Positions 39,223 through 49,545 of a DNA stretch of 64,000 bases are shown piece by piece; position 1 is the first letter of the stretch, and each line of letters opens with the position of its first letter. The stretch lies in contig CAVYLP010000004.1 of assembly GCA_963769425.1 (NCBI GenBank), positions 64,001 through 128,000 of the forward strand. Reading direction: 5' to 3'. The translations under genes and the position numbers were made by a program. The notes beneath the pieces were generated by a model. That model did not search any database and was not told where the DNA came from. It saw only the letters and a list, made by a program, of their open reading frames with translations. The stretch is from Candidatus Bathyarchaeota archaeon. Its GTDB lineage: Archaea > Thermoproteota > Bathyarchaeia > TCS64.

Positions 39223-39987
39223 GTGACTGTTATGAAGAACGAGTTCAAGCGGATGATGAAGGCTGGGAAGCAGGGCTTCGGCACATGGATTACGGTCGAG
39301 AGCCCCATGTGCGCCGAGATGATGAGCAGCATGGGCTTCGACTACTTCGTGCTCGACAACGAGCACAGCCCACTCGACATACTGAACATCCAGACGCTCA
39401 TGCAGGCCTTCCGCCCCGACTCGAAGACGAGCCCCATAGTCCGCCCCTGGTGGAACGACATGGTGGCCATCAAGCGCGCACTCGACATCGGCGCCCAGGG
39501 ACTCCTCATCCCGTGGATCAACACCCCCGAGCAGGCTAAGGCCGCTGTCAGTTACACGCGCTACGGCCCGAAGGGCCTCCGCGGCTGTGGCCCGCGCCGC
39601 GCCGCGATGTTCGACCCCGACTACCTGAAGACCGCGGACGACGAGATATTCGTCGCCGTCCAGATCGAGACGAAGGAGGCGGTGAAGAACATCGACGCCA
39701 TATGCTCGGTCGAGGGTGTTGACTGCGCCTACATCGGCCCCGCCGACCTCTCCGCCAGCCTCGGCCACATCGGCGACTTCACCAAGAAGGACGAGCAGGA
39801 CGCCATCGACAAGGTCTACGACGCGTGCAAGGCACACGGCGTCGCCGCCGGCATCCACGAGGGATGCGGGAAGCCCCTCAAGGAGCGCATCCAGAAGGGC
39901 TACAACATGGTGACGTGTGGAAACGACCTCGTCTACATGAAGATGGGCGTCCAGAACCAGTTCAAGGAACTGGGGATAAAGAAGTAA
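39223..39987 (+). CDS. HpcH/HpaI class II aldolase
   Basis: DNEH, KRALDIGAQG, QIET and IGPADLS. Confidence 0.92.
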   Translation: MTVMKNEFKRMMKAGKQGFGTWITVESPMCAEMMSSMGFDYFVLDNEHSPLDILNIQTLMQAFRPDSKTSPIVRPWWNDMVAIKRALDIGAQGLLIPWINTPEQAKAAVSYTRYGPKGLRGCGPRRAAMFDPDYLKTADDEIFVAVQIETKEAVKNIDAICSVEGVDCAYIGPADLSASLGHIGDFTKKDEQDAIDKVYDACKAHGVAAGIHEGCGKPLKERIQKGYNMVTCGNDLVYMKMGVQNQFKELGIKK

Positions 39988-40065
39988 CCGGGTCGCCCTT
40001 ATTCCAAACGGACACGGAGCGACGGCTCCGCGTCTTTTATATAATCTGAGGTTTTCTCCAACCTC

Positions 40066-40617
40066 ATGACTAATGTTGGCGGGAAAGCTGCGCTTGTGAT
40101 AATCGACGTCCAGTGCGCCTTCTTCACGAAGGAGTACGGCGTCGAGGCCTACAACGCGGAGGAGTACCTGTCGAGGATCAAGGGGCTGATCACGAGGGCG
40201 AGGGAGGCCAGCGTGCCAGTCATATTCGTCCAGCACGACGGTGCCAAGGGGACGCCCTTCGAGCCGGGTACGCCCGGCTGGCCCATAAACCCCGAAATAG
40301 CCCCCCGCCCGGGCGAGCTCGTCGTCCACAAGCCCACCCCCGACGCCTTCTACAAGACGACCCTGCAGTCCGAGCTGGACGCCCGCGGCATAAAGAAGCT
40401 GATAGTCGCGGGCATGCAGAGCGATTGGTGCGTCGACACGACCGTCCGCAGGGCATACAGCCTCGAGTACGATGTCACCGTCGCCGAGGACGCCCACACC
40501 ACCTACTACGATGGCGTCATCGAGGCGCCCCAGATAATCGCCCACCACAACAACATCTTCGGTGGCAGATTCGCCAAACTCGTCAAGGCCCAGGACATCA
40601 ACTTCACCAAACTCTAA
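40066..40617 (+). CDS. Isochorismatase-like cysteine hydrolase
   Basis: IIDVQ, K..PDAF..T and GMQSDWCVDTT. Confidence 0.92.
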   Translation: MTNVGGKAALVIIDVQCAFFTKEYGVEAYNAEEYLSRIKGLITRAREASVPVIFVQHDGAKGTPFEPGTPGWPINPEIAPRPGELVVHKPTPDAFYKTTLQSELDARGIKKLIVAGMQSDWCVDTTVRRAYSLEYDVTVAEDAHTTYYDGVIEAPQIIAHHNNIFGGRFAKLVKAQDINFTKL

Positions 40618-40719
40618 ACGGAACAGAAGTCAGATGCTTCCGAACAAACGACTAATCGAAAAACCAACCAAACTAGCCAATTCTTAATAACAAGCTAAAA
40701 CAACCAAACACCGAACTAA

Positions 40720-41529
40720 ATGGTCGGCACCGTAGCAGTCATCGGCGCAGGAGTCATCGGCGGAGCCATAGTCAAATGCCTCCAAGAATCCGAAGAAGTC
40801 GGAAAAGTCATCGCCACCCGCCGAAGCCTCGAAGCCCTCAAACCACTAAAAGAACTCGGCGCCGAGGTCACCACAGACAACAAGGCAGCAGCCAAGAAGG
40901 CGGACATCATCTTCCTCTGCGTCAAACCCAACGACGTCGCCACCGTCCTCCAGGGCATCGAGGACGAGATCGAGGGTAAGCTAGTCATCAGCACAGCCGC
41001 CATCATCCCACTGGAGTACTACAGCGACGTCGCACCAGGTGCAAGATACGTCCGCAGCATGCCTAACATCGCCGCCCTCGCAGGCGAGAGCTTCACAGCA
41101 TACGCCTGCGACCTAAAGGTCACAGCAGACGACAGAGCCAACGTCAAGGCCTTACTAGACACCATGGGCACATGCACCGAGGTCGAGGAGAAGTACATGG
41201 ACGCCATCACCGGCCTCACCGGAAGCGGCCCAGCCTTCGTCGCCATAGTCATCGACGCCCTCATGTTTGCCGGCCTCAAAGTAGGACTCCCAAGGGAGCT
41301 AAGCCTAAGAGGCGCCGCACAATCAGTCCTAGGCGCCGCGAAACTCGTCCTCGACGGCACCATGAAGCCGACCGAGATAGCAGAGATGGTCACGACCCCT
41401 GGAGGCACCACAATCGACGGCATCTACGAGATAGAGGACGGAAAACTCCGCACCGCCCTCATGAACGCTGTCGAAGCAGCGACGAAGAAGAGCGCCAACA
41501 TGCGCTTCAAGTGGGAGAAGAGCGAGTAA
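40720..41529 (+). CDS. proC: Pyrroline-5-carboxylate reductase
   Basis: GAGVIG, VKP, RSMPN, GSGPAF and VTTPGGTT. Confidence 0.95.
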   Translation: MVGTVAVIGAGVIGGAIVKCLQESEEVGKVIATRRSLEALKPLKELGAEVTTDNKAAAKKADIIFLCVKPNDVATVLQGIEDEIEGKLVISTAAIIPLEYYSDVAPGARYVRSMPNIAALAGESFTAYACDLKVTADDRANVKALLDTMGTCTEVEEKYMDAITGLTGSGPAFVAIVIDALMFAGLKVGLPRELSLRGAAQSVLGAAKLVLDGTMKPTEIAEMVTTPGGTTIDGIYEIEDGKLRTALMNAVEAATKKSANMRFKWEKSE

Positions 41530-41569
41530 AGAAGCTGTTAAATCCACTACTCGCACCATCTTTCCTCTA

Positions 41570-43197
41570 GTGAAAGGCTTGTCGTACGATCTACTCATAA
41601 AAAACGGCAAGGTGATCGACGGCGCCGGGAACCCCTGGTACTGGGGCGACGTCGCTGTCGAAGGCGACCGGATCGCCGCCATAGGAAAACTACCCGACGC
41701 CAAGGCGCAGAGGGTCATCGATGCCAAGGGACTCGTCGTCGCACCCGGCTTCGTCGACGCCCACAGTCACAGCGACTTTAACACCCTCGTCTACCGCGAG
41801 ATGGAGAGCTCCGTCATGCAGGGCATCACGACTGTGGTCGCAGGCCAATGCGGCTCAACCGCAGCCCCCGTCGACCCCGCCCAGCGTGAGTCATTCGAGA
41901 AGCAGGTCAACGCCCAACTCCCATCCGGGGTCAAGATCAAGGTGACTTGGAGCACATTCGACGAGTACCTCAGGGAGGAGGAGAAGGCGGGTCTCGGCGC
42001 CAACGTCGCCCACATGGTCGGGCACGGCGCCATACGAGAGGCCGCGATGGGCCCAGACGCCCGCCCCCCGACCGCCAAGGAGCTGAAGAGGATGAAGGAA
42101 CTCTGCAGGGAGGCCATGCAGGCGGGCGCCTACGGTCTCAGCTCCGGCCTCATCTACCCACCCGGCATCTTCGCCAACACCCGCGAGCTCATTGAGGTCG
42201 CTAAGGTCGCTGCGGAGTACGGCGGTATCTACGACACACACATCAGAGGCGAAGGCCGAGCCCTCCTCAAATCGGTACGTGAGGCCATCAAGATAGGAGA
42301 GAAGGCCGGGCTCCCCGTCCAGATAAGCCACCACAAGGCCGCGAACAAGGCGGTCTGGGGGAAGAGCAGGACGACCTCAAGACTCATTGAGAAGGCTCGC
42401 GCAAAGGGGATAGATGTCACAGTCGACCAGTACCCCTATCGCGCCGGTGCAACAAGCCTAGTCACACTCCTACCCCCGTGGGCCCACGACGGCGGCATGG
42501 AGAAGCTCCTCGCCCGTCTGGCCGATCCCAAGCAGAGGGAGAAGATGAGGAGGACATCAAGGACGGCATCCCCGGTTGGGAGAACTTCGCCGGCGAAATC
42601 GGTTGGGAGAACGTCATGGTCTCCAGCATCAAGGGGGAGAAGAACCGCCGATACGAGGGGAAGACCATGGACGTTATCGCGAGGGAGATGAATGAGAAGG
42701 ACGTCTTCGACGCCCTCTGGAAGTTAATCCTCGCCGAGGAGGGGACTCCTGGAATGATAATATTCAGCATGGATGAGGGCGATATCAAACGCATCATGGC
42801 GAGTCCCTACCAGATGGTCGGAACCGACGCGAGCAGTGTCTGCACAATCGGCCCATTCGGCCTCGGTAAACCACATCCTCGTTACTATGGAACCTACCCG
42901 AGGGTCCTCGGAAAGTACGTTCGCGAGGAGGGGGTAATACGCCTCGAGGAGGCGATAAGGAAGATGACGAGTTTCCCCGCCCAGCGCTTCGGCATTCTGG
43001 ACCGTGGCCTCCTCCGACCAGGGATGCACGCCGACATCACAGTTCTCGACCCGGACAAGGTTATCGACAAGGCAACATTCGAGGACCCCCACCGATACCC
43101 TGAGGGCATCCCATACGTTGTCGTCAACGGTGTCGTAACCGTAGATGATGGGAAATTCAAGAAAACCCTGGCGGGGAAGACGCTGAGAAAACGCTAA
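41570..43197 (+). CDS. N-acyl-D-amino-acid deacylase (D-aminoacylase), frameshift near 42550
   Basis: PGFVDAHSHSD, SSGLIYPPG, THIRGE and DQYPY; the second frame has HPRYYGTYPRVLG and EEAIRKMTS. Confidence 0.9.
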
Positions 43198-43355
43198 CAC
43201 CCCCTAAAAAAAGTCCTAATAATCTATAAAATTCCACTAATTACTATATATGAATTAAAAACGAGTTGATTTAATAATAATTGGTCATTGGGCAGGTATC
43301 AGGGTTATTTGACGAGTATCATGCCCGATCTTGACCCCCACTATCGGGGAATGTG

Positions 43356-44141
43356 TTCCTTGTAGCGGGTATATTGTTCCTAGTAGCAGGAATTTAATTC
43401 CTAGCAGAAGGTACATCGTATTCCTAGTAGCAGGAAGTCACTTCCTGGTAGCTGGAATGTTCTTCTTCCTTGTAGCTGGTAGTTTCTTCCTATGTAGCTG
43501 GAATTCTCTTCCTTGTAGCTGGAATGTCCCTATTCCTTGTAGCAGGAAGTATCTTCCTTGTAGCTGGTATATTCTTCCTTGTAGCTGGTATTTTCTTCCA
43601 TGTAGCTAGGAATGGGATTCCTAGTAGCATGGTATAACGATTTTTCCGCGTCGCCGATTCCATGCAGCGGGTACATCGGGACCCATCACCCCGTTAGCCG
43701 ATCTCTCCCCAGTCCCATTCGTGGATGGTGTGGAGACTCTGTTCCTGGTACGGTGGTACATGTTCCGTGTAGGGTGGCACAAATTGTTCCTGCTAGGGTG
43801 GAACACGGAGCCTTCTGATCGGGGTGATGTGTTCCGGGTAGGTGGAACGTGTTCCGTGTAGGGTGGCGCAAATTGTTCCAGTAGGGTTGAACATGTTCCG
43901 GCTACGCCTGGATAACGTTTTTTCCACGCATCTATGCCAATTAGGAGGGTTACGTATTCTCCTTGACACGAACCGGGTTCCTAGTAGGGTGGAATCACAA
44001 AGCGCTCTGCAATGACCCTCGATACCTGCCACTGGGAATCAGGTTCCTACTAGGGTGGTATAGCACACTGGCTGGCTGGGCGTATGTGCCTCGCTGGTAG
44101 GAATAAGGAAAAACATCACTTTTTGCACCTGCTACTAGGAA
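43356..44141. repeat. Non-coding array of about 25 degenerate TTCC-N8/9-GG(A/T)A motifs
   Basis: 13 tandem copies of TTCCTWGTAGCWGGWA starting 43356-43618, spaced 21-24 bp, plus one at 43658. A variant TTCCnnSTAGGGTGGHA occurs at 43742-44060. Inverted copies lie near 44023, 44087 and 44126. Confidence 0.9.
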
Positions 44142-44347
44142 TCCCCTTTCTACTACGGATGTAAACCCTACCACTTAGTAACGAAAAAGAAAAAGAATCG
44201 TAGGGGGCTCCAAGTGGCAGGGATGATCTCCTTCATCCCATTCGAGGATCGTACTGGCTATGAAAAGATGTATTTTTTTAAAATGATCAGAAGGTTAAAT
44301 GAATATTTTAAGTGGACCAATCGTTATTATTATCGGCGTATCTATAC

Positions 44348-45867
44348 ATGTTTGCGCACGCGCGCTCAAAGAAATTATTTATACTAATCTTATTCTCCAC
44401 AACACTATTAGCTGGATTAATTGGATATTTTTATTCTCAGTATCAAAGTGACTCGGAAATTAGCAATGGAAAATACGAGTAAGACTTCAGCTAAGCCAGT
44501 TGATTGACAAAGAGGCTACGTTAAGTGAAACAAACCTCAATTTAACAAGGGCTTCAGCAAATCTTCTCCAGATTAACGATAGTCTAAATCTGGAAAATGA
44601 TGCGTTGAAGATGCGTTTGGAGGCATTAAGAGCTCAAGGAACACAACAGGCGAGTTGGGTACTATATTTGGAGGGAAATTCAACCCTCGCTAGGAACGTC
44701 CGTACAAACCAAGTGGAGTACACTGGTGAATCAGCTGACGCCCTGCAATACACAATTGGTCAAGGTGGGCTGACTTACCTAGTTAGCGGACGATACAATC
44801 TCTCACACAGTGTTATCTTAGCAAGTAATTCAGGGATCGTCGGGGATGGTCAAGGAACCCAGCTATTTCTAAACGACAATTCAAATCGGGATCTTCTTGT
44901 GATACCTTCAGGTTCCGTAAATTGCATAATTTCTAATCTATACTTGAACGGGAATAAAGCACATAATGAAGCCGGTTCCGGTATCGCAATATATGGTTAT
45001 AATTGGAGACCTATAATTCAGCATGTCACAATCAGGGACTGCGCTGATTACGGATTGATGACCACAGATGGCTCGGGTAACTACGTCTACGAGCCCATCT
45101 TTTTCGACATTGATGTAAGGAACTGCGGGCTCGATGGCTTGAACTTCGGTTTCTGCTCTGACGCATACGGCATGGACATCTACTCGGAAGGAAACGCCGG
45201 AGCGGGGATACAGCACTTCGACGTTGCTGGGACGTGGATACATGAGCACTCAACGTTCAACTTCGGGGAGTATGGCTTTGTGGTGAGCGGATCATCTACA
45301 GATCTGCGTTTCTTGGAGACGCACGTAGACAAGAATCAGCAAAATGGAATGCTGCTCGGTGGTAAGAGGAACACCCTATCCGGGGCGTTTATATTTAATA
45401 GTGGTCAGATGTCGCCCAATACCTATGACGGCTTAGTGATAGAAAATGCTACGGAATGTATTATATCTGGTTGCATAATCACGGATTACCAGACCAATAA
45501 AACGCAGAGACGAGGAGTCGTAGAAACTGGGGGCTCTGATTACAATATTATTCAGAGCAATGACCTGAGTGGAAACATTGAACAAAGCATAATCAAAGGA
45601 GTTCATGATAAAGTCGTTATTAATGGAGGATATGTTACTGAAAATCAGGGAGTTGCCCTAATTGTTGAGGGAACAAAGAGCATTAGGGTTCAGCATGGAT
45701 GTCAATACACACCCTCCCCCGGAGACGTTCATGTGACACCAGCATCCAATCTTTCAAACTGCACTCAGTTCTGGGTGTCCAATATCGACTCTACTGGTTT
45801 CACAATCAATCTTGATGGAAACTGCATGAGTCAGGTTGATTTCGCTTGGAGTGTAGACCGTCACTAA
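44348..45867 (+). CDS. Membrane-anchored right-handed parallel beta-helix protein, frameshift near 44475
   Basis: ORF 44500-45867 has a coiled coil, pectin-lyase-like beta-helix repeats and a C-terminal VQHG..YTP...FTINL domain. The upstream frame from ATG 44348 encodes KKLFILILFSTTLLAGLIGYFY. Confidence 0.75.
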
Positions 45868-45934
45868 TAACTAATTCATGCATGAGAAAAAGAGCGCTGA
45901 GAAAAAATTTCAAAAAAAAGGGAAAAAAATTGTT

Positions 45935-46410
45935 TTAGGTTCCAACAATGAGTTCGTCAGACTTGCAATGTCCCTCAAAGTATGGTACGGCCTTGTACGT
46001 TATCCTTGCATCTGCTTGTACGGTATCATATCCTGGAAATGCTCCCCCATAATTCACCAGAGTGAATCCGCCCCTAGGAGGCGTCACTGGGGACCCATCG
46101 CACCAACTAGCGACAGCGTTTTGAGTATTTGCTGACGCACTTGGTCTTAAGTTCGGTAGCAAAACAACGTCGGGGGAACCATGTTCATGATCGATGGTTG
46201 TCTTGCCATCTATCGTTTTGACTGATTGAAGGTGTACCGTGACCTCTTCGAGTCTATAGAATCCGGTCATGTTATGAACAGTAACAACGTATAGGGCACG
46301 TTCGTCGTAATTCCATAAGGGTCCGGAGTAGGTATATCGCAGGATGACTTTAGCCGTTCTCGATCTTGGCCCTTGGCTACTCCCATCTCGCAGTCGAATT
46401 TCCCAATCGC
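45935..46410 (-). pseudogene. Decayed hypothetical gene fragment
   Basis: The frame is open about 47 codons upstream of the ATG at 46270 until a TAA; further broken fragments run to about 46740. Confidence 0.35.
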
Positions 46411-46795
46411 GTTAAAGTATACCTCAACATTCGCAGTACCGGAGCTTTTCGGGTTAAATGTCTGTTTAGGCGGAATGTTTTGGAGGTTATCCCCAGATAC
46501 TGTTGGGATGATTATGTATCAATTATAGTAGAAAATGATATTTCAACAGAAAGTTTAATGCTATTATTACTTACGGAATAAACAATAGGCTGAATCTAAC
46601 AATATTTTTTGATGTATTCTTCCAGATGATGCTCATTGAGTAAGTATTGGCTTGGCTGATTCTGCCAGGAGGATCACGTACAAAGGTTACTGTTATTGGA
46701 GCAGCTTCTTCAGGTGGGGAATTTACCTTTGATGGCTAACATAGATCTGTAGGTCGTTCGAGAATATTGGTGCCTGGTCCTTAAGGATCATTCTA

Positions 46796-47212
46796 TTAGC
46801 TCAAGATAGACAACCGGTTCAACTGCTGCAGGTCTTGTTGTATAGTAAAAAAGATTGGATGAACTCTGCCTCGTTTAAGAAGCGTCGGGGTATTATGCAG
46901 AGGTTTTGAATATATGCTGGCATATATACCCGCTATTACCCCAGCTACAATTAGACAGAAACCTACAACTGCAACAGCACTACTTAAAATGAAACTCTCC
47001 TGGGCCTGAAGCCGTGTCTGTGCAACATATTCGTCCAATGAAGAGGAATCAATTAGCAGTAAATACTTAAAAATATCCGTATCTTTTTGCGCTTTTTTAA
47101 TTTCGTCAAAGTATTGTTTTCTTTCATCTTTCGCACTTGTTACCAGAGCTAAAAGGGCTTCTCTGGTTTTAGCACCACCCGCTAGCGAACTTAGGAAATC
47201 TTTTATCCCCAT
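46796..47212 (-). pseudogene. TRADD-N-associated 2TM-like membrane protein, disrupted 3' half
   Basis: LDEYVAQTRLQAQESFILS..AVVGF pattern; the expected EFI...LYNKT.QQLNR tail is present but split over frames. Confidence 0.5.
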
Positions 47213-47423
47213 TTCTATACGGCATCTCCTTGAGACTCATGAAGTTACCTTTGATTATCACTATATTAAATATTGCATAACGCGCGTAAATGCAGTATTA
47301 TCCGTTTGTTTTTCGTGGAGTCACATTACCTCACCCTCGCCCCGCCCCCATCTCACATATTCACCAAATTACGAATTTATCTAGTTGACCAGCAATTCTA
47401 GAGTCATTGGAGGATTGGGCATT

Positions 47424-48281
47424 ATGAGTTTCACATGGTCATTCAAAGCGTTCGCTCATTACATAGTTAATCCACCTACAATGCAGTCTGGATGTGACAT
47501 TAGCCTTACATTGATCAATAATGTTGATGTCTTCCATCTCACCAAACAACGTATTGGTTCACAGACGGAATACGCTATAGTCGTATCTAACCCGACGAAA
47601 TTGGGTGTGAATAACAGTGAGCAAACGACAATAAACAGAGTGTCACAAGACTTGATCCTGGCATGCGGTTTAATCTTACGACGTAGTGCTCTTTCAATCT
47701 TCAGGTCTGATACAAGCAAACCTGACGTCGTCATGATACCGATTCCTGCTAAAACTATCGTGAAGGACACCCCAACAGGCAAGAGCATTGAGATTCATGA
47801 GACAGTGACCATGAGAGAAGAAGTCTACGTGACGGTAGGCACGAAGGAGGAACTAGATGAGTCCGAAGTGGTAAAACTGGTAATGCAATTGAATAAGCTT
47901 CAGAGGTTCAACCTAGATAGTGGTTATAGTTTACGGAAAGCCAATCTAATTAACGCTCTACACGAATATGAAGCGGCGATGGCGTCGTTTGATCGTCTTA
48001 TGATCTTCAAGCATTTGTACAATGTGCTAGAGATCGTTACCAACATAGACGGTATTGACAGAGAAAGAAGTGTACTCGATACACAAATGGCTTTAATTAC
48101 AGGGGTGCCACAGAGCCAGTGCGAAGAGTGGAGAAGTCTATACAATCGAACAAAGCATATATATCGTAATACTGCCGACGTTGCAACCTTTGTCACTAGA
48201 ATTGAGAAAGTGACCGATTATATCCCGGTTGCCAGAACAGCAGCAGGAAATGAACTGACCAAATTATTAATTTCAATTTGA
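47424..48281 (+). CDS. Hypothetical protein with ApeA/MauJ-like HEPN C-terminus
   Basis: GGAGGA upstream of ATG 47424; FKHLYNVLE...WRSLYNRTKH. Confidence 0.65.
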   Translation: MSFTWSFKAFAHYIVNPPTMQSGCDISLTLINNVDVFHLTKQRIGSQTEYAIVVSNPTKLGVNNSEQTTINRVSQDLILACGLILRRSALSIFRSDTSKPDVVMIPIPAKTIVKDTPTGKSIEIHETVTMREEVYVTVGTKEELDESEVVKLVMQLNKLQRFNLDSGYSLRKANLINALHEYEAAMASFDRLMIFKHLYNVLEIVTNIDGIDRERSVLDTQMALITGVPQSQCEEWRSLYNRTKHIYRNTADVATFVTRIEKVTDYIPVARTAAGNELTKLLISI

Positions 48282-48440
48282 ATTTCGGCATAGCTATATA
48301 ACCATTATATAATATTATGTGGCTGTCAACAGACGACAATATATAAAAAAGGAATTGCGATTATATTATACGAACGTACTAAAATACGAAAGGGAATAAA
48401 GTAGGCCGAAAATGGGGGCGTATATAGAAAAAAATTTCGG

Positions 48441-49505
48441 TTATTTTATGTGCACATAGAAGTTTATCTTATATACTTCCTCATGTGCTTTCATGTGCTT
48501 CGGCGTCGCGTGGGGAACCGGCAGGTCGATCATCGTCTTGAAGCCGGGCTCCGCGTTGATCACGAGCGGGATCATGTTCGCAGTGATGGCGATCGTAGCG
48601 TAGTCACCGTGCGTGCATGGGCTGATCTTCTCGTTGATCGGCGGCACACCCTTGATGGTGACGCTGTCGAACTCCTCAGGGGCACCGATGTACGCCTTGA
48701 AGTCCATGGTGATCATCTTCTTGCCTTTGACGATGCCGTAGGCCATCTGCATCGAGCCCGCGTTGTAGCCCTTCGGCACCTTGATCGCCTCGCTCGCTGC
48801 ATCCTTCTTGAGAACGACAGGCTCGGGGGTCTCCACCTTGATCTCATCCAGTTCCCAGCCCAGCGCGTCCGCGATCATCTGGATGCTCTGCTCTAGACCA
48901 ACGTGGCCGGTGATCTCGTGGCTCGCGATCTTCTTCTTGAATTCGTCGACCGTGAGGCCTGCACCTATCTTCGTCTGGAAGGGTATGCGGCGTGTCGCTG
49001 CATCCATCTGGCGTGCGATGTAGATGTCGTCGACCTTCTGGCAGACGGCGGTGAGGAACGTTGGGAGGGTGTCCATTACGAAGCCTGGGTTGACCCCGGT
49101 GCCGAGGATGGTTGCCTTTCCCTTCTTCGCCACCTTGTCCAGCTTTTCTGCGTACTTCTTGCCCTCGGGTGTCGCGTAGGGGTAGCTCAGCTCCTCGCAC
49201 GTTGAGACGACATTCACGCCGTGCTTGAGGATACCCTCAAACTGGGTGTAGGTCTGCTTCAGGTAGCTCATCGTCGTGTGTGTGACGATGTCGGGTTTGG
49301 TCGCCTCGAGGACGGCGTCGACGTCGTCGCTGATCTTGACGCCGAGCTTTTTCCTCCCCATGACCTCTCCGAGGTCCTTGCCCACTATCTTGGGGTTGAT
49401 GTCGATTGCGCCGACGATTTCCACACCCTCTTTCTCGAGGAGGTGGGTCACCAGCTTTTGACCGATTACGCCTATGCCGTATGAGACGACCTTGACGTTC
49501 TCCAA
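48441..49505 (-). CDS. 2,4-diaminopentanoate dehydrogenase / DapB-like NAD(P)-dependent oxidoreductase
   Basis: GIGVIG, NVVSTCEEL.YP, GTGVNPGF..D, GHVG..QS and GDYAT. Confidence 0.85.
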   Translation of the reverse strand: MENVKVVSYGIGVIGQKLVTHLLEKEGVEIVGAIDINPKIVGKDLGEVMGRKKLGVKISDDVDAVLEATKPDIVTHTTMSYLKQTYTQFEGILKHGVNVVSTCEELSYPYATPEGKKYAEKLDKVAKKGKATILGTGVNPGFVMDTLPTFLTAVCQKVDDIYIARQMDAATRRIPFQTKIGAGLTVDEFKKKIASHEITGHVGLEQSIQMIADALGWELDEIKVETPEPVVLKKDAASEAIKVPKGYNAGSMQMAYGIVKGKKMITMDFKAYIGAPEEFDSVTIKGVPPINEKISPCTHGDYATIAITANMIPLVINAEPGFKTMIDLPVPHATPKHMKAHEEVYKINFYVHIK

Positions 49506-49545
49506 GTTGGATCAGGATAGAAGGAATGGGTCAACGTTATAGCCC

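Larger units (their letters stand above)
43200..48440. mobile_element. AT-rich accessory island between convergent backbone genes (boundaries approximate)
   Basis: Clear drop in GC, repeat array, decayed ORFs, beta-helix and HEPN-like cargo; no integrase or att repeat seen. Confidence 0.5.

Noticed and set aside
39211-40548. 445-aa minus-strand ORF and many other long antisense or overlapping ORFs in the track
   Set aside because: Shadow frames of GC-rich genes whose opposite or alternative frame has clear family motifs
43331-44032. Short repetitive ORFs (LPCSW..., FLVAG..., HPTRN...) over the repeat array
   Set aside because: Unit spacing of 21-24 bp moves the repeat between frames, so the peptides are by-products of a DNA-level repeat
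43356-44141. CRISPR or TIGR-type guide array
   Set aside because: Repeats are about 16-17 bp and degenerate with 4-8 nt linkers; no unique spacers of guide length and no cas or Nop-domain gene in the window
48281-48400. dif-like site in the AT-rich right edge of island 2
   Set aside because: The TATAA/TTAT half-sites are spaced 2-3 bp rather than 6 and the sequence is low complexity
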